DNA from: Octopus sinensis
Lineage: Eukaryota
Reading direction: 5' to 3'
DNA: 64,000 bases
NCBI RefSeq assembly: GCF_006345805.1
Contig: NW_021831846.1
Coordinates: 62,001-126,000 of the forward strand
Shown here: piece after piece, positions 12,789 through 24,611 of the stretch
Layout: each line of letters begins with the position of its first letter
Numbering within the stretch: the stretch's first letter is position 1
Made by a program: the position numbers and the translations under genes
Notes under the pieces: model-generated
What the model was told of the DNA's origin: nothing
Databases searched by the model: none
The model's input: only the letters and a program-made list of their open reading frames with translations

Positions 12789-12960
12789 GCTGTCTGTCTG
12801 TCTGTCTGTCTGTCTCTGTCTGTCTGTCTCTGTCTGTCTGTCTCTCTCTTCGTCTCTCGCTGACTTTCTCTCTCTCTTACTCTCTTCCTATCTCTCTCTC
12901 TCACTCTCTTCCTATCTCTCTCTCTCTTACTCTCTTCCTTTCTCTCTCTCTCTCTCTCTG
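12385..12960. repeat. (CTGT)n/(CT)n pyrimidine-rich microsatellite
   Basis: Visible tract; source of the 170-aa and 199-aa spurious ORFs. Confidence 0.95.
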
Positions 12961-13049
12961 TTTCTTCCTATGTGAAATATTAATATATTTGGCTTTTTTC
13001 TCTTCTTGTATCCTCAAGGCATCGGTGAGTGAGCCTCACCCCTTTTCCT

Positions 13050-13315
13050 ATTCCCATGACTCAGTCACTGGTCAGCAGTCTTCTTCGGTAAAACCAAGTT
13101 AGGCATTCGTCCACAAAATAAGGAATGACTGACTCCATTATTCGCGTTGCTTTCTTTTATAGTTTTGTGTCTGTAGAACAAATATTTTAGAATAAGTTCG
13201 GGCTTATTTTTATAGACTCTCTCTCTCTCACTGTGTATGTATAGCTATCCTTCGGTATTGGTCTAGTGTGTCGGTGTGAGGAGACGACGTAATTCACCCA
13301 CCTCTTTGTCTTAAG

Positions 13316-13346
<31 letters not shown>

Positions 13347-13469
13347 ACGTCATGTACTAATACCGAAGGATGGTCGTGTGATTATATAAACACTGTCACA
13401 TTTTGCTGTGTATTTAAACATTAATCTGACCGTTCGCAACAACATTCTTCAGTATATAAATTATTTCGC

Positions 13470-13470
<1 letters not shown>
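13050..13470. promoter_or_regulatory. Candidate enhancer/promoter with AP-1, CRE and TATA-like motifs
   Basis: TGACTCA 13057-13063, TGACGTCA 13345-13352, TATATAAA 13453-13460, in non-repeat CpG-containing DNA. Confidence 0.3.
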
Positions 13471-13507
<37 letters not shown>

Positions 13508-13628
13508 ATGTAACGGCGTGTGTGCAAATCACTATGTAATTAAGGATACATAACGTTTGTATAACACACGAACTGTGCGTGTGTTTATGTATGTATACAC
13601 ACACACATACAAACATGTATATTCTTTA

Positions 13629-13997
13629 ACTCTTTTACTTGTTTCAGTCATTTTGACTGCGGCCATGCTGGAGCACCGCCTTTAGTCGAGCAACTCGACC
13701 CAGGTACTTATTCTTTGTAAGCCCAGTACTTATTCTATCGGTCTCTTTTGCCGAACCGTATACACACCAGCATCGGTTGTCAAGCAATGCTAGGGGGACA
13801 AACACAGACAAACATATATATACATATATACGACAGGCTTCTTTCAGTTTCCGTCTACCAAATCCACTCACAAGGCATTGGTCGACCCGGGGCTATAGCA
13901 GAAGACACTTGCCCAAAATGCCACGCAGTGGGACTGAACCCGGAACCATGTGGTTGGTTAGCAAGCTACTTACCACACAGCCACTCCTGCGCCTATA
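13629..13997 (-). mobile_element. SINE-A, full length, young subfamily
   Basis: Minus strand begins ggcgcaggagtggctgtgtggtaagtagc (A-box-like) ...ggttcagtccc (B-box-like). Confidence 0.95.
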
Positions 13998-14819
13998 TGT
14001 ATATATACATATGTGTATGTATATAAAATGTGTATATTCAATTTGTCACTTGTTTGACTGTGGCCATGATGGGTTTTCGTCGGTATCCAATCAGATATTT
14101 TGCCGAACCGCTAAGTTATGGAGACAAACTCACCATCTGTTTGTCAAGCGATGGTGGGGGACAAATGAATAGAATCTGTTTTATATACATAATTATATAT
14201 TTATAAACATAAATTTTTACACGTTTTATGTGTAAAAATTTACATTTTACATTCAGGTTTTATATACATATTTATATATATATATATATATGTATATATA
14301 TACATATATATATAACATTTAACACTTTTAATATACATTTTATATACTTAGTGTTTCGGCAAAATGAGTTTTAAAAAAAGCAAGCAGGTATTGAGTTTGA
14401 TTTGTTCAACCACACTGCTCAAGACGTTGCCCCAGCTTGGCCGCAGTTCAGTGACTGAAACAACTGCGGCCATGCAGGAGCACCGCCTTTAGTCAAACAA
14501 ATCGACTCCAGGACATACTTTGTAAGCCTAGTGCTTCTTCTATCGGTATTTTTAGCCGAACCGCTAAGTTACGGGGGCGTAAACACACCAGCATCGGTTG
14601 TCAAACGATGGTGGGGGAACAAGCAGACAAGACCCAAATACATGCATGCATACATATATATGAATGTAGACAGCCGACAACTGATGAAGGGTCGTTCTCC
14701 GTGTTATCCAGTTTTCCATTTTTTTCTCTCGTTGTTTGCGTGCTTCATGTTTACACACTTGGTAACGTCCTGTATCCCATATATGTGCACATATATATAT
14801 ATATATATATATATATAGA

Positions 14820-15780
14820 GTAGTGTGCCCATTCAAAGTACCTTGGATTCCAGAACATCCCGCTGTGCTTGAGGAGACCTGTTGAGTCAAGTACATGAGC
14901 ATCAAAATAAATATCAATGGAAATAGTAGTTGTGATACCTGTGCCAGTGTCACATAAAAAGCACCATCCGAACATGGCCGTTGCCAGCGCCGCCTCAACT
15001 GGCTTCTGTGCCCGTGGCACATAAAAAGCACCATCCGAACGTGGCCATTGCCAGCGCCGCCTCAACTGGCTTCTGTGCCCATGGCACATAAAAAGCACCA
15101 TCCGAACGTGGCCGTTGCCAGCTCCGCCTCAACTGGCTTCTGTGCCAGTGTCACATAAAAAGCACGATCTGAACGTGGCCGTTGCCAGCGCCGCCTCAAC
15201 TGGCTTCTGTGCCTGTGGCACATAAAAAGCACCATCCGAACGTGGCCATTGCCAGCGCCGCCTCAACTGGCTTCTGTGCACGTGGCACATAAAAAGCACC
15301 ATCCGAACGTGGCCATTGCCAGCGCCGCCTTCACTGGCTTCTGTGCCCGTGGCACATAAAAAGCACCATCCGAACGTGGCCGTTGCCAGCACCGCCTCAA
15401 CTGGCGTCTGTGCCAGTGTCACATAAAAAGCACCATCCGAACGTGGCTGTTGCCAGCGCCGCCTCAACTGGCTTCTATGCCCGTGGCACATAAAAAGCAC
15501 CATCCGAACGTGGCCGATGCCAGCGCCACCTTCGCTGGCTTCCGTGCACCAAAAAGCACCAACCAGTCGTGGCCCATGCCAGACTCCCCTGGCATCTGTG
15601 CAGGTGGCACGTAAAAAGCACCCTCTACACTCATGGAGTGGTTTGCATTAGGAAGGGCATCCAGCTGTAGAAACACAGCCAGATTAGACTGGAGCCTGAT
15701 GCAGCCTCCTGGCTTCCCAGACCCCGGTCGAACCGTCCAACCTGTGCTAGTGTGGAAAACTGACGTTAAACGATGATGAT
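14820..15780 (+). mobile_element. SINE-C containing an expanded internal tandem array
   Basis: cttgaggagacctgttgagtcaagt 5' part, then the array, then ggagtggtttgcattaggaagggcatccagctgtag...gacgttaaacgatgatgat tail. Confidence 0.85.
14947..15549. repeat. 67-bp minisatellite x9
   Basis: Unit gtggcacataaaaagcaccatccgaacgtggccattgccagcgccgcctcaactggcttctgtgccc starts at 14947, 15014, 15081, 15148, 15215, 15282, 15349, 15416 and 15483. Confidence 0.95.
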
Positions 15781-16019
15781 TGTGTGTGTGACGTGTTTCT
15801 TTCAATTTCTGTCTACCAAATCCACTCAGGGCTTTGGTCAACATGAGACTATAGTAGAAGACGCTTAGCCAAGGTGCCACGCAGTGGGACTGAACCCGGA
15901 ACCATGTCAATAAGAAGCAAGCTTCTTACCACACGGTAAATAAATATGACTAGCACTGCCATTGCTTCTCAAAAGCCTATGTGGTTTCAATTTCGAGTTG
16001 CATTTGTGTTGGTATTTAG

Positions 16020-16115
16020 GTCCTGGAGGAATTTTAAGAGCGGGTTTCATGTTTCTTCTGTTGCTGCCTCACGGTGTTCATTGATTTATTGATTTCCCGC
16101 CATATTTGAGTAAGT
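16020..16115 (+). promoter_or_regulatory. Candidate housekeeping-type first exon with overlapping YY1/E2F-like motif and donor
   Basis: TTTCCCGCCA (16093-16102) overlaps CCGCCATATTT (16097-16107), immediately followed by GTAAGT (16110-16115). Confidence 0.4.
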
Positions 16116-16499
16116 GTTCCTCCCTTCCGACTTTGTTTCCTCATAACATTCAGAAAAATGGATGTTTTTTTTTAAAATGTAATTTTCCATAAATACGTTT
16201 TATATGGTATAGATTCCGATCGTATCGGAATTTAGCGTTGAAAAAAATTGTTGAGTGCATATGTACTGAATGCTTTTTTTTTTTTTCCAAAATTTCAAAC
16301 TTCATGTAGACTGTATGTAGACGTGCTCACTTTTTTCTTACATCTGATATAATCGTAATTTACATCATCTGAGAGGAATTTGTAGAAAAATTCATTCGAA
16401 AACATTCTTCTGAAAATTATTTGGGAACGAAGTCGAAGTGGGGGTAGGTGCACACTTATGTAGGTTTTACTTTTTTCGGGTTGCTCCACTCGTCTCAGT

Positions 16500-16692
16500 G
16501 AGTAGTACCTGTAATTCGAAAGGGCCAGCTCTGTCACGTTCTGTAGTGCACGTTGAATCTCCCTGAGCACTACGTTAAGGGTACGCGTGTCTGTGGAGTG
16601 CTCAGCCACTTGCAAGTTAATTTAACGAGCAGGCTGTTCCGTTGATCGGATCAACTGGAACACTCTTCGTCACAACTGACGGAGAGCCAAGC
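16500..16692 (+). mobile_element. SINE-like repeat, family E (3' part)
   Basis: gtacctgtaattcgaaagggccagc...gtctgtggagtgctcagccacttgc...aactgacggag; a decayed reverse copy lies at ~55605-55715. Confidence 0.6.
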
Positions 16693-17074
16693 CTGCATCG
16701 AGTTCCAATTATGCCAAGGTGGACATTACCTTTCAAGCTTCACTTAGGCCGACAAAGTACCCACAAGTCACGTACTGGGGTTGGATGTAAAATATAATCT
16801 AGTCCCTCCCCAAAATATGTACCTTATGCAAATGTCAGGAATTGTGTTCTTTTACTTAAGATACAATGTCCGGAAGTGTTTTATTTTGCTTGAGTGAACC
16901 TTCATAGCTATTCGATGTCTAAAAAAATCGTATTATATTTTTATCCGTAAATTGTATAAAAAAAAGTCCTGTAGGTATTGTGGAAGTATAAATAATTTAT
17001 GGATCTTTAAGGGTCATATGGGTCTCGATTAAGGACTACCGGTTTAGTCGATGCCATGGACCATCGAAATCGAA

Positions 17075-17415
17075 TTGAACCAGCCAGGATCCCTGGTCTG
17101 GTGGTACGTAAAAAGCACTATCCGACTCGTGGCCGATGCCAGTGCCGCTTCGACTGGCTTCCGTGCCGGTGGCACATAAAATACACCAATCCGACCGTGG
17201 CCGTTGCCAGCCTCGCCTGGCACCTGTACAGGTGGCACGTAAAAAGCACCCACTACACTCACGGAGTGGTTGGCGTTAGGAAGGGCATCCAGCTGTAGAA
17301 ACATTGCCAGATAAGACCGGAGCCTGGTGCAGCCTTCTGGCTTCCCAGATCCCCGGTCAAACCGTCCAACCCATGCTAGCATGGAGAACGGATGTTAAAC
17401 GATGATGGTGATGAT
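17075..17415 (+). mobile_element. SINE-C
   Basis: cacggagtggttggcgttaggaagggcatccagctgtagaaac...catgctagcatggagaacggatgttaaacgatgatg. Confidence 0.9.
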
Positions 17416-17736
17416 GGACTCTGTACTTGACAGATATTTTTATTGAACCTAGAGATGAACGGCACAGCATGGAATTGTTTCGGATTCTCTAACAATTCTA
17501 TTCACCAGTTATAATAATAATTTCAATTTTTCCACAAGGGCAGCTTAGGGGAGGTGGGGGTGAGTCGATTATATCAACCCTAGTGTTCTTACTTTATTGA
17601 GTCCGAAAGGATGAAAGGCGACCTCAGCAGAATTTGAACTCAACGTAGCAACAGGCGAAATTCTGCTAAGCATTTTGCCCGGCGTGCTAACGATTTTACC
17701 AGCTCGCTGAATAATAATAATGATGATATTAATAAT

Positions 17737-18285
17737 AAATGTCCTGATGCAGTACCAGGCAATGGCTCTTGTGGCTCCTGATCTTAACTAATTGGAAGTG
17801 TTATCATGTACATTGTTTTGTCTTGCTATAATAGATGAGCTACAGCAAATATTCTGCTCAATACCACAGATTTGCTTCTCAGTTGTTTGACCGTAACCAG
17901 TTGAGCATGTCCCTTAGTGGCTGACGATATGTGCATCTCTGATCACGAGCAGAAGTTGCTGGGGAGCATCATAGACGTGTGTGATAGAAATTCTTAGAGG
18001 TTTGGATAATTCACCTTTGGAAACATGGGTGGTTCATTCAACATCCTTAACCCTTATTCAGGGACCTTTTGTGTGGAATGGGTTACTCGACCAGAAAAAA
18101 ATTCTAACTGGGCCCCACCTGCAAGGTCATGCACTGTTTATCTTGATATGAGATCACCATGTCGCGCACATATGGTTGTATGTGCCTAGTGTACCCTTAT
18201 CAGACAAGTAGTCATGATGGTTATACTGGGCTTCATATATTTGTACCCCAGTGTCACTTTGATGGCATGCGCTACTCTCTCACTC

Positions 18286-18318
<33 letters not shown>
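17737..18318 (+). mobile_element. Probable LINE 3' fragment with (AAT)n tail, embedded in AAT repeats
   Basis: ~550-bp non-coding block ending ctctctcactc(AAT)n with AAT repeats also on the 5' side. Recalled as a common Octopus repeat; single copy here. Confidence 0.45.
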
Positions 18319-18320
<2 letters not shown>

Positions 18321-18644
18321 TTTCAGATTTTGGCTCAAGGTGAACACTCTTTTTAGGAAGAGGTTCTACATCGATGGCATCGACCCCATTGCTCAATTGT
18401 TATATATTTTATTGATTTCCCGAAAAGATGAAATGCTGCAGAAGGTGAAGAGCCGGAATAAATGCTGGCAACCATTCTCACAGCTCATTAAAAAAAAAAT
18501 TTGTTTTGCAAGATTCTTCATGTGAAATCGTATTGAAACAATGTTACACCTAATGGTCATATTTTGCCTATTAAACACACATTGTTAATTCTATCTTATC
18601 TTCACCTTTGGCTTTATTTTAATAACTTTACAGACTATATATAT

Positions 18645-18900
18645 ATCATCATCATCATCATCATCGTTTAACGTCCGCTTTCCGCGCTAGCACGGGTTGG
18701 ACGGTTCGACCGGGTCTGGGAAGCCAGGGGCCGCACCAGGCTCCAGTCTGAATCTGGCAGAGTTTCTACGGCTGGATGCCCTTCCTAACGCCAACCACTC
18801 CGTGAGTGGATTGGGTGCTTTTTACGTGCCACCTGCACAGGGGCCGGAGGGTCCGGCATCGGTCACGATCGGTTCGAGCATTTTAACGTGTCAGCGGCAC
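18645..18900 (-). mobile_element. SINE-C (reverse), continuing into a GC-rich segment
   Basis: (atc)n-gtttaacgtccgc...gatgcccttcctaacgccaaccactccgtg. Confidence 0.88.
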
Positions 18901-19360
18901 GGGGGCAACGAGGTCCGGGGTACTTTGGGGATCGGGGTACTTTGGGGATCCAGGGTGGTGTTAGCAGTGGACATTCGTTATCGTCACTGAGTAACGTAAT
19001 TAGGTAGAGGAAAGAAATACAGATATTCTAGAGTTGAGTTGGGGAGGGGGGGTCCAGTTGAGGCGGGTAGTATAGGGGAGCAACCAGTGGGGAAGGTTGG
19101 GGTAAGGAGGAACGATGGCAGGAAGGATTGGTGTAGGTTCGTAAGAAATAAAAACGTAGGATATTACGAGGCGGAAGGGTACTAAAAGGGGGATGGTCGG
19201 ATTGAGGCAGTGTCAGGAGGAAGCAAAGATCGGTGGGCAGTTGAGCTATGGCGCTAGCAGCTTGTCTTTTCACAGTGAAAGCATATGAGGGGAAGGGGTA
19301 GTGGGGGGAGGAGGAGGGAGTAGGGCGTATCCGGTGTAGATGGTGAGAACAGGGTATACT

Positions 19361-19500
19361 GGTATTGGTGGTGGGGGTGAGAACAGTGTTCACCGGTATT
19401 GGTGGTGGGGGTGAGAACAGTGTTCACCGGTATTGGTGGTGGGGGTGAGGACAGTGTTCAGCGGTATTGGACAGTGTTCAGAGGTATTGGTGGTGGGGGG
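19361..19500. repeat. 34-bp tandem repeat (3 full plus 2 partial units)
   Basis: ggtattggtggtgggggtgagaacagtgttcacc at 19361, 19395 and 19429, with partial units after. Confidence 0.85.
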
Positions 19501-19671
19501 CGGGCGCACCGCCAATGGCGGAAAGATGGGAAAAGATAGGATTACGGCTTGAGGTAGCCTAAGGTTAAATTTCGTAGAGAGAGCGATAGGAAAGATAAAT
19601 CAAGTTATGGCGAAGGCTTGAAAGTAGCCTAAAAGGTTAAATTTTCGTAGCGAATGAGATGGGTATGCTTT

Positions 19672-20063
19672 TGCTCTTTTACTTGTTTCAGTCATTTGAC
19701 TGTGGCCATGCTGGAGCACCGCCTTTAGTCGAGCAAATCGACCCTGGACTTATTCTTTGTAAGCCTAGTACTTATTCTATTGGTCCTTTTTGCTGAACCG
19801 CTAAGTTACGAGGACGTAAACGCACCAGCATTGGTTGTCAAGCAATGTTGGGTGGGGGTGGGGGGGCAAATACAGGCACACAAACATACACACGCACATA
19901 CATATATACGACGGCTTCTTTCAGTTTCCATCTACCAAATCCACTCTCAAGGCTTTGGTTGGCTCGAGGCTATAGTAGAAGACACTTGCCCAAGGTGCCA
20001 TGCAATGGAAATGAACCCGGAACCATGTGGTTCGTAAGCTAGCTACTTACCCCACAGCCACTC

Positions 20064-20066
<3 letters not shown>
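19672..20066 (-). mobile_element. SINE-A (older copy)
   Basis: Colinear with the family consensus, more substitutions. Confidence 0.9.
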
Positions 20067-20104
<38 letters not shown>

Positions 20105-20106
<2 letters not shown>

Positions 20107-20228
20107 ATGTCGGCTGTGAAGTTACATAATTGACTTATGTATTTCGTATAAAAGTACATCGCATGAAACTTTCGGCCCTTGAGTAAAAATAAAAATAAGG
20201 TCACTTACATAACTTTACAGCTGATTAA
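20105..20228. mobile_element. Possible decayed short MITE
   Basis: Imperfect ~28-bp inverted ends tcggctgtgaagttacataattgactta / taaggtcacttacataactttacagctga. Confidence 0.35.
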
Positions 20229-20395
20229 TATGTGTATAACTGAAATTAAGAAAAAACTCAGTTAAAATTTTAAAAGATTTCAACGGAATTAGTTTTGGCG
20301 AGTTGCCGAATACTGGATGTTTGGGTATGCCTGTTGTATGCATTTGTTATATTAAAAATAATTCTGTGTAGGAACTTGTCTTTAATAAAAGTTTT

Positions 20396-20801
20396 GGATC
20401 TATTCGGTTTGAACAGCAGTTTTACTAGCAGTGTCATATGAAATTGTCCCCCATAATTATGACCCTTAGTATCGATCTATTCAATTTCAATCTATTTTAG
20501 GGTTGGGGGTGGGGGAAGGGTATCGTTTTTTTCTTCACAAATGTAAATACACCCAATCTGTTTCTTAAACAAGGGACATATTCATACGGCACTGAATGTT
20601 TTCACCTCAATAGATGGTCATTAATTGGTTGAAATTGAAGAAATTGAAGAAAAAAACACAACAAATATCTTACAAACTATAGAATTTTCTCAAAGCCAAG
20701 AGAAAGATGTTTTATAAACACATTCTACCAGTATATGAAGTTTAAAATTTTTTTAGTTACCGAGAAATTGTTAAAAACTCCCGTTCAAACCGAAAAGATC
20801 C
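20396..20801 (+). mobile_element. 400-bp MITE, copy 2
   Basis: Both TIRs present; TSD aaagtttt / caagtttt (7/8 match). Confidence 0.9.
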
Positions 20802-20932
20802 CAAGTTTTTTTTCATGTTTTAGTCAAATGGTGCGTGTTTATCATATGAAATGTGTTTTTTCTCCAAATATTTAGCGATATGGATGAAATGGTTAATAAC
20901 CGTTTGTATATAAAGTTAGATGGAATAGATAA

Positions 20933-21335
20933 TCTTTTACTTGTTTCAGTCATTTGACTGCGGCCATGCTGGAGCACCGTCTTTAGTCGAGCAAATCGAC
21001 CCCGGGACTTATTCTTTGTAAGCCCAGTACTTATTCTATCGGTCTCTTTTGCCGAACTGCTAAGTGACAGGGGACATAAACACACAAGCATCGGTTGTCA
21101 AGCAATGCTAGGGGGACAAACACACACAAACACACACACACACACACACACATACATATATATAAATATACATATATACGACAGGCTTCTTTCAGTTTCC
21201 GTCTACCAAATCCACTCACAAGGCATTGGTCGGCCCGGGGCTATAGCAGAAGACACTTGCCCAAGATGCCACGCAGTGGGACTGAACCCGGAACCATGTG
21301 GTTGGTTAGCAAGCTACTTACCACACAGCCACTCC
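20933..21335 (-). mobile_element. SINE-A, young subfamily
   Basis: Near-identical to 13629-13997. Confidence 0.95.
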
Positions 21336-21764
21336 ATGGGTTTAAGTGATTTAAAAAGAAAATTAATGGTATTTTTTAAATCGGTTTCAAGCCTTCAACA
21401 TAGCGGTGGTGCCCCAGCATGGCCGCAGCCTTCAGGCTAAAACATTTTTAAGGATTTATAGCTCTTCAATGTGTGTGTGCTTTAGACTTGTACACATTTT
21501 CTCCCTCTCTCTTTCGCTCGTTCTCTTTCGTTGTCTGCCTCTTTGTCTCACTCGCTTTCTTTCTTTCTCTAACACCAGCAGCGTCTTGGAATATTATTTT
21601 AAATCCTTTCAGAATGAATAATTGTTCTTTCGTTAAAATTTTAGCCCCATTTTAACATCAAACCTGCCTCTAGTGTTTTTTAAAAACTCTTCACTTTTCC
21701 ATCATAATTTTGTTGTCTCCAGCAACTGGACTGGCTTTAAATATCAGTTCTGTTATTTTATCCC

Positions 21765-21916
21765 TCACGGAGTGGTTGGCGTTAGGAAGGGCATCTAGCC
21801 GTAGAAACACTGCCAGATCAGACTGGGCCTGATGCAGCCTTCTGGCTTCACGGACCCCAGTTGAACCGTCCAACCCATGCTAGCATGGAAAGCGGACGCT
21901 GAATGATGATGATGAT
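21765..21916 (+). mobile_element. SINE-C 3' fragment
   Basis: cacggagtggttggcgttaggaagggc...ggacgctgaatgatgatgatg. Confidence 0.85.
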
Positions 21917-22822
21917 TAAGTCGTCCCCAAATTCTTAATTTCGAAATTGAAGCCTTGTATTTCATCAGTCAGATTTTTTTTTTTAATAACTTCATCTTTT
22001 ACAATATTTTTTTTTCAACCATTCGACTGCGGCCATGCTGGGACATCGTCTTCCCAGAGTTTCAGTCTCCATTTGTTACTTTCGAAGTCGAGTACTTTCG
22101 GTCTCTGTCGCCGAACCTTTAAGTTGGTGATGTAAACAAACCTACACCCAATAAGTGGGTGATCGACACCCTCATGCACTGAAACATACATACCGGGCTT
22201 TTGCACAGTTTCCTTCCAAATTCACTCGAAAGACATTGGTCAGCCTGGAACCAGCAGAAGACACTTGCCCAAGTTGCAGTGAGACTGAACTCGCAACCTC
22301 GTGGTTGCAGAGCAAACTTCATAGCCAGACAGCCATGGCCACGCATATATATATATATATATCCCAACCTGTAAAGCCTGGAATTTATTCTATCAGCCTC
22401 TTTTACTGAAGCATTGTCACTGGGATATAAACAAACCAACACCAGTTGTCAAGCAATGATGACACATTGTTTCAGTTTCTACCAAATCCACTCCCAAGTC
22501 TTTAGTCATCCTGAGGTGCCATGCAGTGGGACTGAACCTGGGACCATATGATTGGGAAGCAATCCATGCCTATAGTGTGTGTGTGTGGCATTTTTTTCCT
22601 CAACAACAAAAATATATGTCACTAATGACATACACCACAAGCGAACATAACAGGCTTGTACGTTAGTGGTCCCTGCTTTTTTTTGTTTCTCTACGAAGGA
22701 CCTATTTAAACGGATTCTCCCACAGGCCGCAGGTTTTTGAATAATGTCTACTCCAGTCACAATGTTTATCACCTAACTTGTTTTCCCAGTTTCATCTCTC
22801 AACTGAAAAATATTTGTAACAG

Positions 22823-23232
22823 TACGAGGGTCAGCTGAAAAGTTCATAAGCTGATCAAGATAAGTCTCATGGAATGTGACCAAATGAGGTTTATTTTTCA
22901 ACATAGTCCCCCCCTTGCACTCCAGACTTCTTCCATTGGTGTTGTAGTGCTTGGATTCCATTGGTGAAGAAGCTTTCATCCTGTTGTTCAGAATCGGCAC
23001 CGACAGTAGATATGTCATCATTGTGATACTGGTCCCCAGCCAAGTGTCTTTTCATGTTGGAGAACAGATGATAGTCAGACGGGGCAAACCAGGAGAATTG
23101 TGTGTGTGGGGGGGGGGGGGGTGATCTACCACTTCAAATCCAGTTATGCACAGCAGCCACTGAAACCAAGGACTTGTGGGCTGGAGCATTGTCCTGATAA
23201 AACAAAACCCCTTTTGTCAGTTTTCCTGGCGA
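22823..23232 (-). pseudogene. Mariner transposase C-terminal remnant with one TIR
   Basis: TA+CGAGGGTCAGCTGAAAAGTTC terminus at 22823. The minus strand encodes GVLFYQDNAPAH...(Y)SPGLAPSDYHLFSNMK...DESFFTNGIQALQHQW...DYVEK*, with frameshifts. Confidence 0.9.
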
Positions 23233-24611
23233 TTTGGTATAGATATTAAATGACGAGATATACATACACTTGCACAAAATAAGTTATTCTTTCAAAATAG
23301 TCTCAGGACAAACACTCCCCAGGGGAGACGACTCAAATACACATTTGGTTTTGTGAGGATATTAACCAAGCCAAACCACTCTCAAGCCATCTAAGAAAAA
23401 CAAGGCACTCATTCGACTCGCTAGACAAAGCAGTCAAATCTTCATTACAGCCTTAAATAAAAACAAAAGCTGAATATAGGAGGAAGTTAGGGTTGGAAAG
23501 TCTTCGATCATAGATAGATGTGCAGGACCAATGGTAACCAAAGGTTGAACAAATACACATATGCACCAAGTGACCTAACAAGGAAATTAACTGTTACAGA
23601 GGTGAGTCAGTGTTTGGGATCTTTTAAAATGCCCTACAATAAATTTTTAAAACTGCATCAACTGAAACCCTATTTGAGCTGACCAGTTTTACTGGATCAA
23701 AGGACTTCTGGTTATGAGTAACTGGAAATTGTTCCAGGGCACAGTCTTTATGGGCCTACATTAGTCCTGTGTAGTCCTTGATTTATCCAACACATTTGCA
23801 TAAGTTTGACTGAAACATCGGTGCTTGTTTTCAAAGTTTAAACCTAATTTTAAATGTGGTTATGAGCAGAAACATGAGTGATGTAATAAGGCTCAGAATC
23901 ATTATTTAGCATCCGTTTACCATGCTGGCATGGGTTGGACAGTTTGACTGGAACTGGTAAGCCAGAGAGCTGCACGTGGCGCCAGTCTGTTTTGGCTTGT
24001 TTTCTCTGGCTAGATGCCCTTCCTAATGCTAACCACTCAATAGTGTACTGGGTGCCTTTTACATGTCACCAACAACTGGCCAAATTCCTGCCCCTAATAA
24101 TTTTCATTAGAGGACACAGGGCAACTAATCCACACAAATATTTTGAAAGAAACACATACTGTACGGCAGCTTGGGCAAGTGTCCTCTGCTGGTTCCAGGC
24201 TGACCAATGCCTTTCAAGTGAATTTGGAAGGAAACTGTGCAAAAGCCTGGTATGTATGTCTGAGTGCATGAGGGTGTTGATCACCCCATCACCCACTTAT
24301 TGGGTGTAGGTTTGTTTACATCACTAACTTAAAGGTTTGGCGACAGAGACCGAAAGTACGCGACTTCGAAAGTAACGAAGCACAAGGAAATATGAATAAT
24401 AAATCACTTCAATTTAAAATGCTATCTTTTCTTTCTCTGTAAAACCTTTGTAAAATGTCATTTAGACAATTGCTAGTGTGTGGTAACAGACATGTCCTAC
24501 CCATCCTTACATGGAAATTATGAAATATCAATTGACTGGGGTTTTTTTTTTCTCTATTTTTGTCACTTGCTGTGATATTTGCAGAGGGTGCATGCAGTTT
24601 GTGTGATGACA

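Noticed and set aside
12392-13102. 170-aa and 199-aa ORFs
   Set aside because: They translate the CTGT/CT microsatellite.
13777-14172. Recurrent 'MSSNARG...SFSFRLPNPLTRHWSARGYSRRHLPKMPRSG' peptide suggesting a gene family
   Set aside because: It is the antisense translation of SINE-A and appears at every copy.
14666-14775. Hammerhead ribozyme / Penelope-like terminal repeat at actgatgaagggtcg
   Set aside because: CUGAUGA is present but no stem II plus GAAA follows; at most a decayed repeat fragment.
23526-23607. 76-nt coding exon ending GAG|GTGAGT
   Set aside because: Weak acceptor lying in a decayed SINE tail; the peptide is unrecognisable.
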